From the NCBI GenBank assembly GCA_041690135.1, contig JAWLHY010000002.1:320001-384000 (forward strand): a DNA stretch of 64,000 nt. The letters are read 5' to 3'. Below, in pieces: positions 28,959-37,489 of the stretch (positions are counted from its first letter, which is position 1; each line of letters starts with the position of its first letter). The notes beneath the pieces are model-generated. The model was not told where the DNA came from, did not search any database, and worked only from the letters and a program-made list of their open reading frames with translations. Source of the stretch: Armatimonadota bacterium. GTDB taxonomy: Bacteria > Armatimonadota > SYMT01. The position numbers were made by a program, and so were the translations under genes.

Positions 28959-30320
28959 ATGGCACAGGGAAGGACAGCCCCCCAGGCATTGGCAGGGGGC
29001 CCGGAGCGGCAACCGGCGCTCGGACGGATGGTTCGCGCGCTCCGGTACCGGAACTACCGCCTGTTCTTCGGCGGACAACTGGTCTCTCTGATCGGCACCT
29101 GGCTGCAGCAGGTGGCCCTGAGCTGGCTGGTGTATCGCCTTACGGGATCTGCCTTGCTGCTGGGGGTGGTGGGCTTCGCGGGCCAGATTCCCGCCTTCCT
29201 GCTGTCGCCGCTGGCGGGCGTGATGGTGGACCGCTGGCCCCGGCATCGGGTGCTGCTGATCACCCAAACGTTGATGATGCTCCAGGCGGGCGTGCTCGCC
29301 GCCCTGGTGCTGTTGGGGCAGATCGAAATTTGGATGCTGCTCGCGCTCGCGGCGTTCCAGGGGATCGTCAACGCTTTCGACATGCCCGCGCGCCAGGCAT
29401 TCGTAGTCCAGATCGTCGAGGATCGCGCCGACCTTCCGAACGCCATCGCGTTGAACTCCTCCATGTTCAACGGAGCGCGGCTCGTCGGACCGGCGATGGC
29501 GGGGATCCTGGTCGCCGCCGTGGGGGAAGGCTGGTGCTTCCTCCTGAACAGCGTGAGCTACCTGGCGGTCCTGATTGCGCTGCTCATGATCCGCGTGGCG
29601 CCGCAGGCCCTCGCCCCCGGACGTCCGAACATCTTCGCCAGCGTGCGCGAGGGCTCGGGCTATGCCTTCGGCTTCCCGCCCATCCGCGCCCTCTTGCTGT
29701 TGATCGCCGTGATCAGTCTCGTCGGCATGCCTTATACCGTGCTGATGCCGGTGTTCGCCACCGAGGTCCTGGGAGGGAATGCTACCACCCTGGGCTGGCT
29801 GATGGCCGCCTCCGGATCGGGAGCCCTGGCCAGCGCCCTCTACCTCGCATCACGGCATACGGTGCTGGGCCTGGGCCGGATCATCATCCTCGGCGTGCTG
29901 CTGTTCGGCGGGGGGCTCGTGGCCTTCTCCTTCTCACGGGAGCTCTGGCTCTCCTTACTCCTGATGGTGGTTTCGGGCGGCGGGATGATGCTCCAGATGG
30001 CCTCCGGGAATACGGTGCTGCAGACCATCGTGGAGGAGGACAAGCGTGGCCGGGTGATGAGCCTTTATTCCATGGCCTTTATGGGGATGGCCCCGTTCGG
30101 GAGCCTGCTGGCCGGATGGCTCTCCAGCCGGATCGGCGCTCCCACCACGCTGGCGATCTGCGGGGGGCTCGCCGCGCTGGCGGGGCTGGTTTTCGGGCGC
30201 ATGCTGCCGGCTCTTCGGGAGCACGTCCGCCCCATCTACGTCCGCGCGGGCATCCTGCCGGAGACCGCCGCCGGTGTGCAGATCGCGACGGAGCTTACGC
30301 GTCCGCCCGAGACTCGGTAG
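28959..30320 (+). CDS. MFS transporter (MFS_3/DUF894 type)
   Basis: ALRYRNYRLFF.GQ..SLIGTW.Q, FDMPARQAF, NAIALNS..FN.AR..GP, RGRVMSLY. Confidence 0.9.
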   Translation: MAQGRTAPQALAGGPERQPALGRMVRALRYRNYRLFFGGQLVSLIGTWLQQVALSWLVYRLTGSALLLGVVGFAGQIPAFLLSPLAGVMVDRWPRHRVLLITQTLMMLQAGVLAALVLLGQIEIWMLLALAAFQGIVNAFDMPARQAFVVQIVEDRADLPNAIALNSSMFNGARLVGPAMAGILVAAVGEGWCFLLNSVSYLAVLIALLMIRVAPQALAPGRPNIFASVREGSGYAFGFPPIRALLLLIAVISLVGMPYTVLMPVFATEVLGGNATTLGWLMAASGSGALASALYLASRHTVLGLGRIIILGVLLFGGGLVAFSFSRELWLSLLLMVVSGGGMMLQMASGNTVLQTIVEEDKRGRVMSLYSMAFMGMAPFGSLLAGWLSSRIGAPTTLAICGGLAALAGLVFGRMLPALREHVRPIYVRAGILPETAAGVQIATELTRPPETR

Positions 30321-30347
30321 AGTGCTGCTCGGTATCTCTCCTGTCAG

Positions 30348-30373
30348 GTTTCGATTCCGGCCTCCACGGGGAG
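30348..30373 (+). promoter_or_regulatory. SigB/SigF-like promoter GTTT-N16-GGGGAG
   Basis: 57 bp upstream of 30431. Confidence 0.55.
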
Positions 30374-30430
30374 GCTTAGCGGGGAATGCCGGCAGCGACG
30401 CCGGAGTTCCGCGAGAGAAAGGGGGACCGC

Positions 30431-30787
30431 ATGGCGGACCGAATGAAGAACGAAGAGATGACGCACGACCAGATGACGCATGAGGATTGGAACGAATACC
30501 GTGGCCGGTACGAGGCCGACTACGATATGCACTACGGCACCACCGGCCGCCCGTGGCAGGACTACGAGCCCGCCTACCGGTTCGGGCACGATCTGGGCTG
30601 CCGAGAGGAATACCGCAACCAGGATTGGGCCACGGTGGAACCACATGCCCGCAAGCATTGGGAAAGCGGCGATGGCGCGAACGGCGAAAGCGGCGGTCTG
30701 AAAGGCGCCTGGGAAGATTTCAAAGACTCCGTGCGTTACGCCTGGAATGAGGTAACCGGCAAAGAGCATCACCGCCGGGCGGCGTAA
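30431..30787 (+). CDS. Small hydrophilic stress-type protein (YEPAYRFG...W...K..VR.AW)
   Basis: 118-aa ORF with RBS; motif typical of general-stress hypothetical proteins. Confidence 0.75.
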   Translation: MADRMKNEEMTHDQMTHEDWNEYRGRYEADYDMHYGTTGRPWQDYEPAYRFGHDLGCREEYRNQDWATVEPHARKHWESGDGANGESGGLKGAWEDFKDSVRYAWNEVTGKEHHRRAA

Positions 30788-30799
30788 CCCTGGAGAGCG

Positions 30800-32092
30800 A
30801 TGCGACAACTCCTCATCGAAGTACCTTCGGGTCAGGGCGCTCGCGTCCTGAACACGGCCGAGCGGCGCCGCGGTGCGAACCTGGTCCGGTTAGACGCCCG
30901 AGGCGCCGCTGGCCCCGTTGAACTGGCGATCGTCCATGTGCCGAACCGGGAGGTGGAGCCGCTCATCGCCGAATTGCAGGAGATCGATAAGTTGCGGGTG
31001 ACGCTTCTGCCCCAGGGGGTGATCAACCTTCAGCCCCCCCAGGAGGAAGCCCCGGAGCAAGCCACGGATATCGAGCCGCGCAGCCCCTTGGAAATCTTCT
31101 TCTCCGGCCTGCAGAGCGTGGGTTCGTGGAAGGGGTTCCTGGCCTACGCCGCCGCCGCGGGGTTCGTGGTCTGGATCGGGTTATTCACGAATACGGTCTA
31201 CCTGCTGGTGGCCGCGATGTTGATCGCGCCGTTCGCCGGGCCGGCCATGAACGTGGCGATGGGCACGGCTCGGGGCGACGCGGCGCTGATCCGTAAGGGT
31301 ATCTCGCGTTACTTCGCCTCGCTCGCGGTAGCGATATTGATCAGTCTCGCGTTGACTCTGGTCTTCCGGCAGGAGATCGCCACGCAGCAGATGGTCGAGA
31401 TCAGCGAAATCTCCGCAGTGGCCGCGCTGCTTCCGCTGGCGGCCGGGGCCGCGGGTGCGCTGAACCTCTGCCAGTCGGACCGGAACAGCCTGGTATCGGG
31501 GGCGGCCGTCGGGATGTTGATCGCCGCCTCCCTGGCGCCGCCGGCCGGGGTCATCGGGATGGCCGCCGCCATGGGTGAATGGCCGATGGCGAAGTCCGGG
31601 GCGTTTCTCCTGCTGCTCCAACTTCTGGCGATCAACGTTTCCGGGGCCCTGGTGTTCCGTCTTTATGGTCTCACCCCGGAGGGTCCCCGGTTCTCCCGCG
31701 GGCGGCAGTGGCTCTTTCCGGTAGCGCTGGGGGTGACCCTGCTCGGCCTGGGAGGGGTCCTGGCCTGGCAATTCTCCAGCCGGCCCAACCTGCAGCGCTC
31801 CAGCCAGGCCCAGCGGGCCGCCCAGGAGGTGAAGCAGGCCGTCAACGAGAGCGGGCTGGCGCGCCTGGTGGAGGCCAACATGCGGTTTACCCGTGCGGAC
31901 ATTCCCGGGCAAAACTCCCTGCTCGGGGTGCTCTACGTCCAGCGCGCGGAGGGCGTGGACCTGCCGGCGGAAGTGATCCGCCGGCGCCTCACCGAAACCG
32001 TGCAACAGCGGCTGGCGGATCGGTTCAATGCCACCCCACTGGTGCAGGTGACGGTTCTTGAACCCCCCCGGCGCACCGGTCCCAACCCGTGA
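30800..32092 (+). CDS. DUF389 domain membrane protein
   Basis: AAMLIAPF.GP, GAAVG..IAASLAPPA; multiple TM helices. Confidence 0.8.
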   Translation: MRQLLIEVPSGQGARVLNTAERRRGANLVRLDARGAAGPVELAIVHVPNREVEPLIAELQEIDKLRVTLLPQGVINLQPPQEEAPEQATDIEPRSPLEIFFSGLQSVGSWKGFLAYAAAAGFVVWIGLFTNTVYLLVAAMLIAPFAGPAMNVAMGTARGDAALIRKGISRYFASLAVAILISLALTLVFRQEIATQQMVEISEISAVAALLPLAAGAAGALNLCQSDRNSLVSGAAVGMLIAASLAPPAGVIGMAAAMGEWPMAKSGAFLLLLQLLAINVSGALVFRLYGLTPEGPRFSRGRQWLFPVALGVTLLGLGGVLAWQFSSRPNLQRSSQAQRAAQEVKQAVNESGLARLVEANMRFTRADIPGQNSLLGVLYVQRAEGVDLPAEVIRRRLTETVQQRLADRFNATPLVQVTVLEPPRRTGPNP

Positions 32093-32099
32093 GCCGGGG

Positions 32100-33110
32100 G
32101 GCGTGTGGGGTTGGTGCGGAGTCCAACCGCGCCTGCGGTACCCAGACGGCCCGATGCGCCGCCGGGTGTACTCAAGCCGCGGCTACAAAAGGCGTCTGTC
32201 CAACGGCGCCTGCCGTACCCAAGCGGCTCAAGCCGCGGTTATAAACGCCAACTGACCAACGCGCCTGCCGTACCCAAGCGGCTCAAGCCGCGGCTACAAA
32301 GAGCCAAGCCGACCTCCGTCGGCTCCACGCTCATTTCACCTACGTGCAACAGGGGCTGCTGCCACACGCGAGGGGCGCGTCAACCCGAGGGAGCACGTAG
32401 GCTACAGCATTCCCAGCCCGTACGGGCTTTGCCTTGTGTAGCCGGGGCACCCACTTGTGGGTCGTCACTCGCCTAGCCGACCAACGAGCCGGTGGTGATC
32501 CCAATTCCAGAAGGCGTCTGCCGTACCCAGGCGGCCCTATGCTGCGCCGGGTGTACTCAAGCCGCGGCTACAAACAGCGAAGCCGACCTCCGAAGGCTCC
32601 GTGCACAATGCCGGTGGTGAAGGCTCGTGCCTTTGCCACAAGGCCAAGAAGTGACAAGCCGGGATTTACTTGGGTTTCTTGGGTTTCAGGGTTCCCAGCC
32701 GACGGAGGTTTACGCCCCGAGGGGGTGCGGGCGCCGGGTACCCACAGAGTGGGTGTGGACAGTTGCCTTGTGTAGCCGCGAGTTTACTCGCCCAGCCGAA
32801 CCCGGCTCCGTGTGAGTTGGAGCGGAGCCCAAGAGGCGGGTGTGTGTCTCGACCCGATTTCGGGTGCGGATGTAAGTTCGAGTCGCCACAAGGGGCGGGC
32901 GTCTCGCCCGCCCCACCGTGCGGCTCCCGGGGTGCAATACAGGTTCGGGGGCATGATCCTGGTCGGTAACAGTCCTAGCCCTATGCTCCGCCGGGTGTAC
33001 GGCCCCGACCCTACCTTCTCTGGTACGAGGTTGCGTCTACCAGGGCTCGGCAACCCGTAACCCTGGCCCCCAAGGGGGCTTCAACTTTCAACCTTCAACC
33101 TTCCAACTCA
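32100..33110. repeat. ~1-kb mosaic of nested REP-like palindromes and short inserts
   Basis: GCGGCTCAAGCCGCGGCTACAAA-type unit x4; AGCCGAC-CTCC-GTCGGCT palindromes; 21-nt and 19-nt inserts; heptamer array; no credible CDS. Confidence 0.85.
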
Positions 33111-33145
33111 GATCTACTTCCGGTCGGCCCGCAGTGGCTTCTGTC

Positions 33146-34612
33146 CTAGACTTTGGAGGGGACTTCGAAGCCCTTGCGGTAGGCCCGGCTGACGAGGGCG
33201 TTGGCTGCGTCGTTGTCGCGGAAGCGTTCCTTCTTCGGGTCGAATTTGAGCCAGGGGCCCACCGTGAGGCGGCTGGCGCTCACGTCCACGCCGTTGCGGG
33301 CCAGGTGCTCCTTCATCGACTCGTAACGCTCTTCCAGGAACGGTTCGCTTTTGATGCGCTCCACGCACTCGCCCGGCGACATGGTCTTGCCGACGAGGTG
33401 GGAGATGAGGCCGGTGTGGCAGAGGGCGCTGGAGAGGTGGGTCTCCTCGCAGTCCGCGTTGAGCATCTCCGGCTTGCGCTCGCGGACGGCGGCGATGAAG
33501 TTCTCCATGTGGTCGGCGCCGCCGATCGCCTCGAACTTCTTGATCTCCTTGCCGTTGTGGTCGTAGGCTGCGACGCCACTCCGGCCGTCGTAGACCTTGC
33601 CGCCCTCGCAGTCGACCATCACGGAGACGCCGCGACCGCCGGGGAACCAGTCCGGGCTGTCCATGTTCTTGCCCCACAGGCCGGCGTCGTGGAACTCCTT
33701 GCCCCGGGGCAGGCCGCGCGTCTCGAAGATGAGCGGCGCCTTGTCGTAGTCGTGGTAGACGATCTGTGTGTTCGGGGTCTCTCCATCGTCGTCGTAGCCC
33801 AGCCGGCCGCCGATGCTCATCACGCGGGGGGAGAGCTCGTCCACGCCCAGGAACCAGCGGGCAATGTCCATCTGGTGGATCCCCTGGTTGCCCATGTCGC
33901 CGTTGCCGGTGTCGTAGACCCAGTGCCAGTCGTAGTGGAGCTTCGCGCGGGTGAGCGGCTTCATGGGGGCGGGGCCGATCCAGAGATCGTAGTCGAGGCC
34001 GGTAGGAATCTGGCCCTTGCCGGAGTTGCCGATCGACATCCGCGGTTTGTAGCAGAAGCCGTACACCGCGCGGATCTTGCCGAGGTTGCCAGCCTGGACC
34101 CACTGCACCGCGTGCCGGATCTGCCCGTTGCTGCGGCTCTGCGTGCCGCCCTGGACTATCCGCTTGTACTTGCGGGCCGCCTTGACGAGCTGCCGGCCTT
34201 CCCACACGTTGTGGGAGATCGGTTTCTCGATGTAGGAGTCCTTGCCCGCCTGGCAGGCCCAGATCCCGATGAGGGAGTGCCAGTGGTTCGGCGTGGCCGT
34301 GGTGATCGCGTCGATGTCCTTGTTCTCCAGCAACTTCCGGACGTCGCTGTAGGTCTGGACTTTGATCCCCTGCTTGTCCAGCTTCGTCGCTTCCCGCGCC
34401 AGCACGGCGGGGTCCACGTCGCAGAGGGCGACCAGGCGCACCCCCTTCATTTTCGCCAGGTCGTTGATATGCCCCACGCCGCGGCCGTTGAAGCCGATCA
34501 CCGCGACCCGGAGGTCGTCGTTGGCGCCCAGCACGCTTGCGGTCGGCAGCACCAGCGACGCGCCGACCGCCACCGAACCGGTCAGGAAGCTCCTGCGGGT
34601 TATCCCATTCAT
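33146..34612 (-). CDS. Gfo/Idh/MocA family oxidoreductase with Tat signal
   Basis: ITRRSFL, IGFNGRG, ATPNHWH, EKP, GTQSRS, GNQGIHQMD. Confidence 0.9.
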   Translation of the reverse strand: MNGITRRSFLTGSVAVGASLVLPTASVLGANDDLRVAVIGFNGRGVGHINDLAKMKGVRLVALCDVDPAVLAREATKLDKQGIKVQTYSDVRKLLENKDIDAITTATPNHWHSLIGIWACQAGKDSYIEKPISHNVWEGRQLVKAARKYKRIVQGGTQSRSNGQIRHAVQWVQAGNLGKIRAVYGFCYKPRMSIGNSGKGQIPTGLDYDLWIGPAPMKPLTRAKLHYDWHWVYDTGNGDMGNQGIHQMDIARWFLGVDELSPRVMSIGGRLGYDDDGETPNTQIVYHDYDKAPLIFETRGLPRGKEFHDAGLWGKNMDSPDWFPGGRGVSVMVDCEGGKVYDGRSGVAAYDHNGKEIKKFEAIGGADHMENFIAAVRERKPEMLNADCEETHLSSALCHTGLISHLVGKTMSPGECVERIKSEPFLEERYESMKEHLARNGVDVSASRLTVGPWLKFDPKKERFRDNDAANALVSRAYRKGFEVPSKV

Positions 34613-34767
34613 CAGCGATCTCCTCTCGTTGGAATGGCTCGGGTCCACCTTCTCTATCGTTTCAGTTCCGTGGCGGAGCCGGAGTTCCTGCACGAGTTAG
34701 GAGCGCGCTGGTGAGTGGGGGAACGCGGGAGCGACCGACGGCTGTTCCGGTGCGGCCGGCGCCGGGG

Positions 34768-35481
34768 TCACAGCCGCACCGGCCCCGCGCTTCCCGTGGC
34801 GGTCACCCGCAGGGTATTGTCCTGCACCCGGACCTCTCGCACGTGGAGCGGCACCGGCATGGCGGAGAAGTCCACGATCGGGTTGATCGCGCGGGAGATG
34901 CGCTGGGCCCCGGAAGGGCCGACCGTTACTCCCGCCGCCCGCACATCGGAGACCACGAAGTTCACCCGCCCGTCTTCCCCCACCAGCGTGCCGCGCATCA
35001 CCACGTTGAACCCGGAGGGGAATTCCACCCCCTCGAAGGCCGGTCGGGCACGGATCACGATTTCCTGGGGCTGCCGCAGGTCCACCGACACGTCCTGCAC
35101 GTTGCGGTGGTTTTCCAGAAATGCTTCCAGGTCGGTCTGGGTGATCCGGGCCGTGGCCACCGCGCTCCCCAGTCGCTCGATCCGTTCCTCGCCGCGGTCG
35201 TACTTCACGTCCCGCAGCTCCACGTCGATCCGGTCCAGCACCGGCGCGTTGGTCGGGCGCACCCGCTCGCCCACGGCGGTTACCCGATCAGCCTCGCCTG
35301 CGCGTGCCCGCAGGCCCGTAATGTCGACGTCATACTCGTCGGCGGGCCCTACCAGCCGGGGCAATTCGCGCTCGATGCCCCGCTCCACCTGCCCCGTAGA
35401 CGGAGCGCAGCCGGCCCATACCGTCAGCAGCAATCCCGTGAGAACGATCCCGCTCCCGCGGCTCCAGGCATGCTTCTGCAT
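34768..35481 (-). CDS. LmeA/DUF2993-like lipoprotein
   Basis: Lipobox WAGC; ARITQTDL..FL pattern; family assignment tentative. Confidence 0.65.
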   Translation of the reverse strand: MQKHAWSRGSGIVLTGLLLTVWAGCAPSTGQVERGIERELPRLVGPADEYDVDITGLRARAGEADRVTAVGERVRPTNAPVLDRIDVELRDVKYDRGEERIERLGSAVATARITQTDLEAFLENHRNVQDVSVDLRQPQEIVIRARPAFEGVEFPSGFNVVMRGTLVGEDGRVNFVVSDVRAAGVTVGPSGAQRISRAINPIVDFSAMPVPLHVREVRVQDNTLRVTATGSAGPVRL

Positions 35482-35528
35482 TCAGATTCTCCTCGGCTTC
35501 CGACCGGCGAATCCCGGTCAGTCCCCCC

Positions 35529-35554
35529 TTTCCCCGTGCCCGGCAGCGCGAAAC
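35529..35554 (-). promoter_or_regulatory. SigB/SigF-like promoter GTTT-N16-GGGAAA
   Basis: 47 bp upstream of 35481. Confidence 0.55.
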
Positions 35555-35614
35555 TCCCGCGCTGCGTGTCCCGCCCGCCGGCTTCCGGGTAATAACCGGA
35601 CCGGAGGAGCCGGC

Positions 35615-37063
35615 ATGCAGGTGCGAAGGGGAAACAACCGGGAAGGCGCGCGGACTCTGTGGGTCCTGCTGGGCCTGCTGCTGATATTCGGGGTACCCGC
35701 CTTCGGCCAGGCGCCGGTCCCGCCCGCACCGGCGTCCCGCCCACCCACCGCGACCCCGACCACCTTCGCCGGGGTGCAACTGGAGGGACGCACGCTCTTC
35801 GAGGTGGCGGCCACCGAGGGGGTGACCGCCGCGGAGCGGGCCGAACGGATCGAGCGCCGCCTGCAGAACCTGGTTCAGCGCGAGGCCCCGGTCCGCCCGT
35901 TCGGCCGGGACGACATCCGGCGGAGCGCGGATGGGGATTGGCAGATCTTCCTCGGGGGCGAGCTGATCATGGAGGTCACGCCGGAGGACGCGCAGGACGT
36001 GCTGGCCACCCCGGAAGAGCTGGCGCTGCTCTGGGGCCAGGAGCTGGCCGGGGCCGTCGCGGAGGCGCGCACCACCCGGGAGAACCCCCTCCAGGGGATC
36101 GGCATCCTGATCCGGAACTCGGTCCGCGACCTGGTCGTGTCGACCGTCACGTGGCTGCCTCGCCTGGCCAGTGCCCTCATCCTCGCCGTGATCTTCTGGC
36201 TCCTGGCGAAGCTCGCGGCCTGGGTGGTGTGCGTGGTGGCGAACCGGACGCGGCTCGACCCGAACCTGCGGCAACTGGCGCGCGCCGTCGCGTTCTACGG
36301 GCTCTGGGCCGTGGGCGCCGTGGCGATCCTGGCGACCTTCGGCTTCGAGACCGGCGGCATCGTCGCGGCGCTGGGGATCTCGGGCTTCATCCTCGGCTTC
36401 GCTTTCAAGGACATCCTCTCGCACTTCCTCGCCGGCCTCATGCTGCTCCTGGGCCGCCAGTTCCGGATCGGGGATCAGATCGTCGTGAAGGACCAGGAAG
36501 GCACCGTGGAGCGCATCGAGTTGCGGGCGCTGCACCTGCGCACCTACGACAACCGCCTGGTGATCATCCCGAACGCAGAAGTGTTCAACTCGATCATCAC
36601 CTCCAACACGGCCAGCCCCTACCGCCGGCGGGAGTTCGTGGTCGGCATCGGCTTCGAGGACGACATCGGCCGCGCACTCCAGGTGGCGCTGGAGGCGGTG
36701 CGCGGCACTCCGGGGGTGATGACGGAACCGGAGCCGGACGTGCTGGTGGATGAGTTAGCACCTTCGACCGTGAACCTGCGGGTCCGGTTCTTTATGAACT
36801 CCCTGCGCGCGGACTACCTGAAGGTCGGCAGCGAGTGCATGCGCCGGGTGAAGGAGGCGTTCGACCGCGAAGGGATCTCCATGCCGACCGAGATCTTTAC
36901 GCTGGTGTTCGACAACGCCGCCGAAGCCGCGGACGAAGTGAAGGGGGTGCTGGCCGGTGGTCCGTCCCGGCGGAACGCCCATCGGGGAGGTCCGGCCGAT
37001 GAAGCTGCGGGGCCGGACCCGTCTATCCAGGAGGATCCAACGGATCGCCGCCGTGCGGCATGA
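35615..37063 (+). CDS. mscS: Small-conductance mechanosensitive channel with periplasmic N-terminal domain
   Basis: LGFAFKDILSHF.AG, FRIGDQI, GTVE.I.LR, IPN; GGAGGAG RBS. Confidence 0.85.
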   Translation: MQVRRGNNREGARTLWVLLGLLLIFGVPAFGQAPVPPAPASRPPTATPTTFAGVQLEGRTLFEVAATEGVTAAERAERIERRLQNLVQREAPVRPFGRDDIRRSADGDWQIFLGGELIMEVTPEDAQDVLATPEELALLWGQELAGAVAEARTTRENPLQGIGILIRNSVRDLVVSTVTWLPRLASALILAVIFWLLAKLAAWVVCVVANRTRLDPNLRQLARAVAFYGLWAVGAVAILATFGFETGGIVAALGISGFILGFAFKDILSHFLAGLMLLLGRQFRIGDQIVVKDQEGTVERIELRALHLRTYDNRLVIIPNAEVFNSIITSNTASPYRRREFVVGIGFEDDIGRALQVALEAVRGTPGVMTEPEPDVLVDELAPSTVNLRVRFFMNSLRADYLKVGSECMRRVKEAFDREGISMPTEIFTLVFDNAAEAADEVKGVLAGGPSRRNAHRGGPADEAAGPDPSIQEDPTDRRRAA

Positions 37064-37350
37064 GGCTCGGGCGAGCGGAACCCGCGCTGCAGGTCGCCGG
37101 AGTTCGCAGTGAGGTCACCAGCCTCTGGTAGATCCGCGAGGACGCCGCGTGCGTGTTAATGGTCCGGTTCCACGAGGGGGTGCGCGCCGGCCCTGTCCAA
37201 GGACGATGCACTCAAGACCATGACCGCGGTGGCGGCGCGCAAGGGCTGGGTCCATCCCTTTTACTGGGCCAGGTTCACTTTATCGGGCGACCCGGATCCG
37301 CTCCAGACTGCGGAACGCGCCCGCTGACTCGAGTCCGGGGCCCGGTGCGG

Positions 37351-37392
37351 AGGCGTATAACTTCCCTGCTTCCGCAGGGAAGTTATACGCCT
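37351..37392. repeat. Perfect 19-bp inverted repeat
   Basis: AGGCGTATAACTTCCCTGC-TTCC-GCAGGGAAGTTATACGCCT. Confidence 0.8.
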
Positions 37393-37489
37393 GGGAGAAA
37401 TTCGGAGTAGAATCTCCACTACTTGCGGCACCAAGTAGTGGCGGATGGAGACAGCGTTGTCTTCGCACCCCACCGGAGGCAGACGATTC

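Noticed and set aside
32100-32600. Repeated ~38-bp units that could be a CRISPR array
   Set aside because: Spacing is irregular, units are degenerate and interrupted by inserts, there are no constant-length unique spacers, and no cas genes are present.
34715-35614. 300-aa N-terminal extension of the MscS ORF
   Set aside because: It overlaps the opposite-strand lipoprotein gene; the real start with an RBS is at 35615.
37357-37386. ATAACTTC...GAAGTTAT resemblance to loxP
   Set aside because: Only 8 bp per arm match, the centre is 4 nt rather than an 8-nt asymmetric spacer, and there is no second site or recombinase.
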